From IMG/VR virus record IMGVR_UViG_3300028569_000028, positions 16,012 through 80,011 of that record: a stretch of 64,000 nt of DNA. The stretch is one strand, 5' to 3'. Within the stretch, counting starts at the first letter, position 1. Each line of letters starts with the position of its first letter. The position numbers and the translations under genes were made by a program. Positions 63,723 through 64,000 of this stretch are shown here, piece by piece. This DNA is from a virus. The notes under the pieces are model-generated. The model ran no database searches, was not told the origin of the DNA, and saw nothing but the letters and a program-made list of their open reading frames with translations.

Positions 63723-63928
63723 AATTAAAGAAAGGTGGGGTATATGAGATTGGAGGATCTGTTTATGATGATGATGACAACTCTTATTTTATAAAGATCA
63801 ACTCTGACTTAATCTATGACTACTACCGCGTAAGTATATTAGGTACTTATAGTTTCGACACTAAGATTTGTCCCGAAGATTGGGAATATATTAGAGAACT
63901 TAGCAGCTTGGAGAAAGAGCTGTTGTGA
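63719..63928 (+). CDS. small SH3-like protein with C-terminal SSLEKELL tag
   Basis: LKKGGVY start; ends ELSSLEKELL*. Confidence 0.7.
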   Translation: MKLKKGGVYEIGGSVYDDDDNSYFIKINSDLIYDYYRVSILGTYSFDTKICPEDWEYIRELSSLEKELL

Positions 63929-64000
63929 CAGACTAACTACAAAGTGGGAAATATATGTTCAGGCATATTCCCATTCACTCTCCCTTCCATTTCCCTACCA

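Noticed and set aside
452-63928. Tag region as an integron attC-like or other DNA recombination site
   Set aside because: The DNA varies at synonymous positions, has no palindrome, and no integrase is seen; conservation is at the protein level.
63929-64000. Read-through of the 63928 stop into QTNYKVGNIC
   Set aside because: It resembles an SH3-like start but has no start codon and is cut by the window edge; cannot be supported.
1-64000. tRNA genes, alternative genetic code, specific host assignment
   Set aside because: No cloverleaf noticed, long genes are intact in the standard code, and the sequence alone supports only a probable Gram-negative host.

Overview
This window is most of the genome of an AT-rich, apparently lytic dsDNA tailed phage with podovirus-type architecture, probably infecting a Gram-negative host (inference). 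No integrase, tRNA, CRISPR array or reverse transcriptase was seen. The + strand arms (1-21400 and ~61800-64000) carry early/middle genes: PD-(D/E)XK nuclease, ERF recombinase, RecA/DnaB-fold helicase, primase, family B DNA polymerase (split by a 1-nt frameshift), four HNH/GIY-YIG nucleases, an M15 endolysin, a signal-peptide-bearing ClpP-like protease, a stripped-down ClpX-like ATPase and many small ORFs. The - strand (61669-21397) is the late virion region: terminase, portal, scaffold, major capsid protein, ~17 kb of fibre/decoration genes, tail tubular A/B and ejection proteins. Main unexplained signals: (1) twelve otherwise unrelated small early proteins end in the same 8-residue tag, [ST]-[SPG]-L-x-x-E-L-x-stop; (2) the ClpX-like ATPase lacks both the zinc-binding domain and the IGF loop, and the ClpP looks exported, so this is not a canonical ClpXP; (3) nine copies of a late-promoter-like motif, CACCCTTATA; (4) three head-gene leaders share a hairpin with a UA/C internal loop; (5) a ~300-nt structured non-coding region with its own sigma70-like promoter lies antisense within the tail region; (6) a consensus sigma54 site sits at the strand switch. 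All calls come from reading the sequence; no searches were run.
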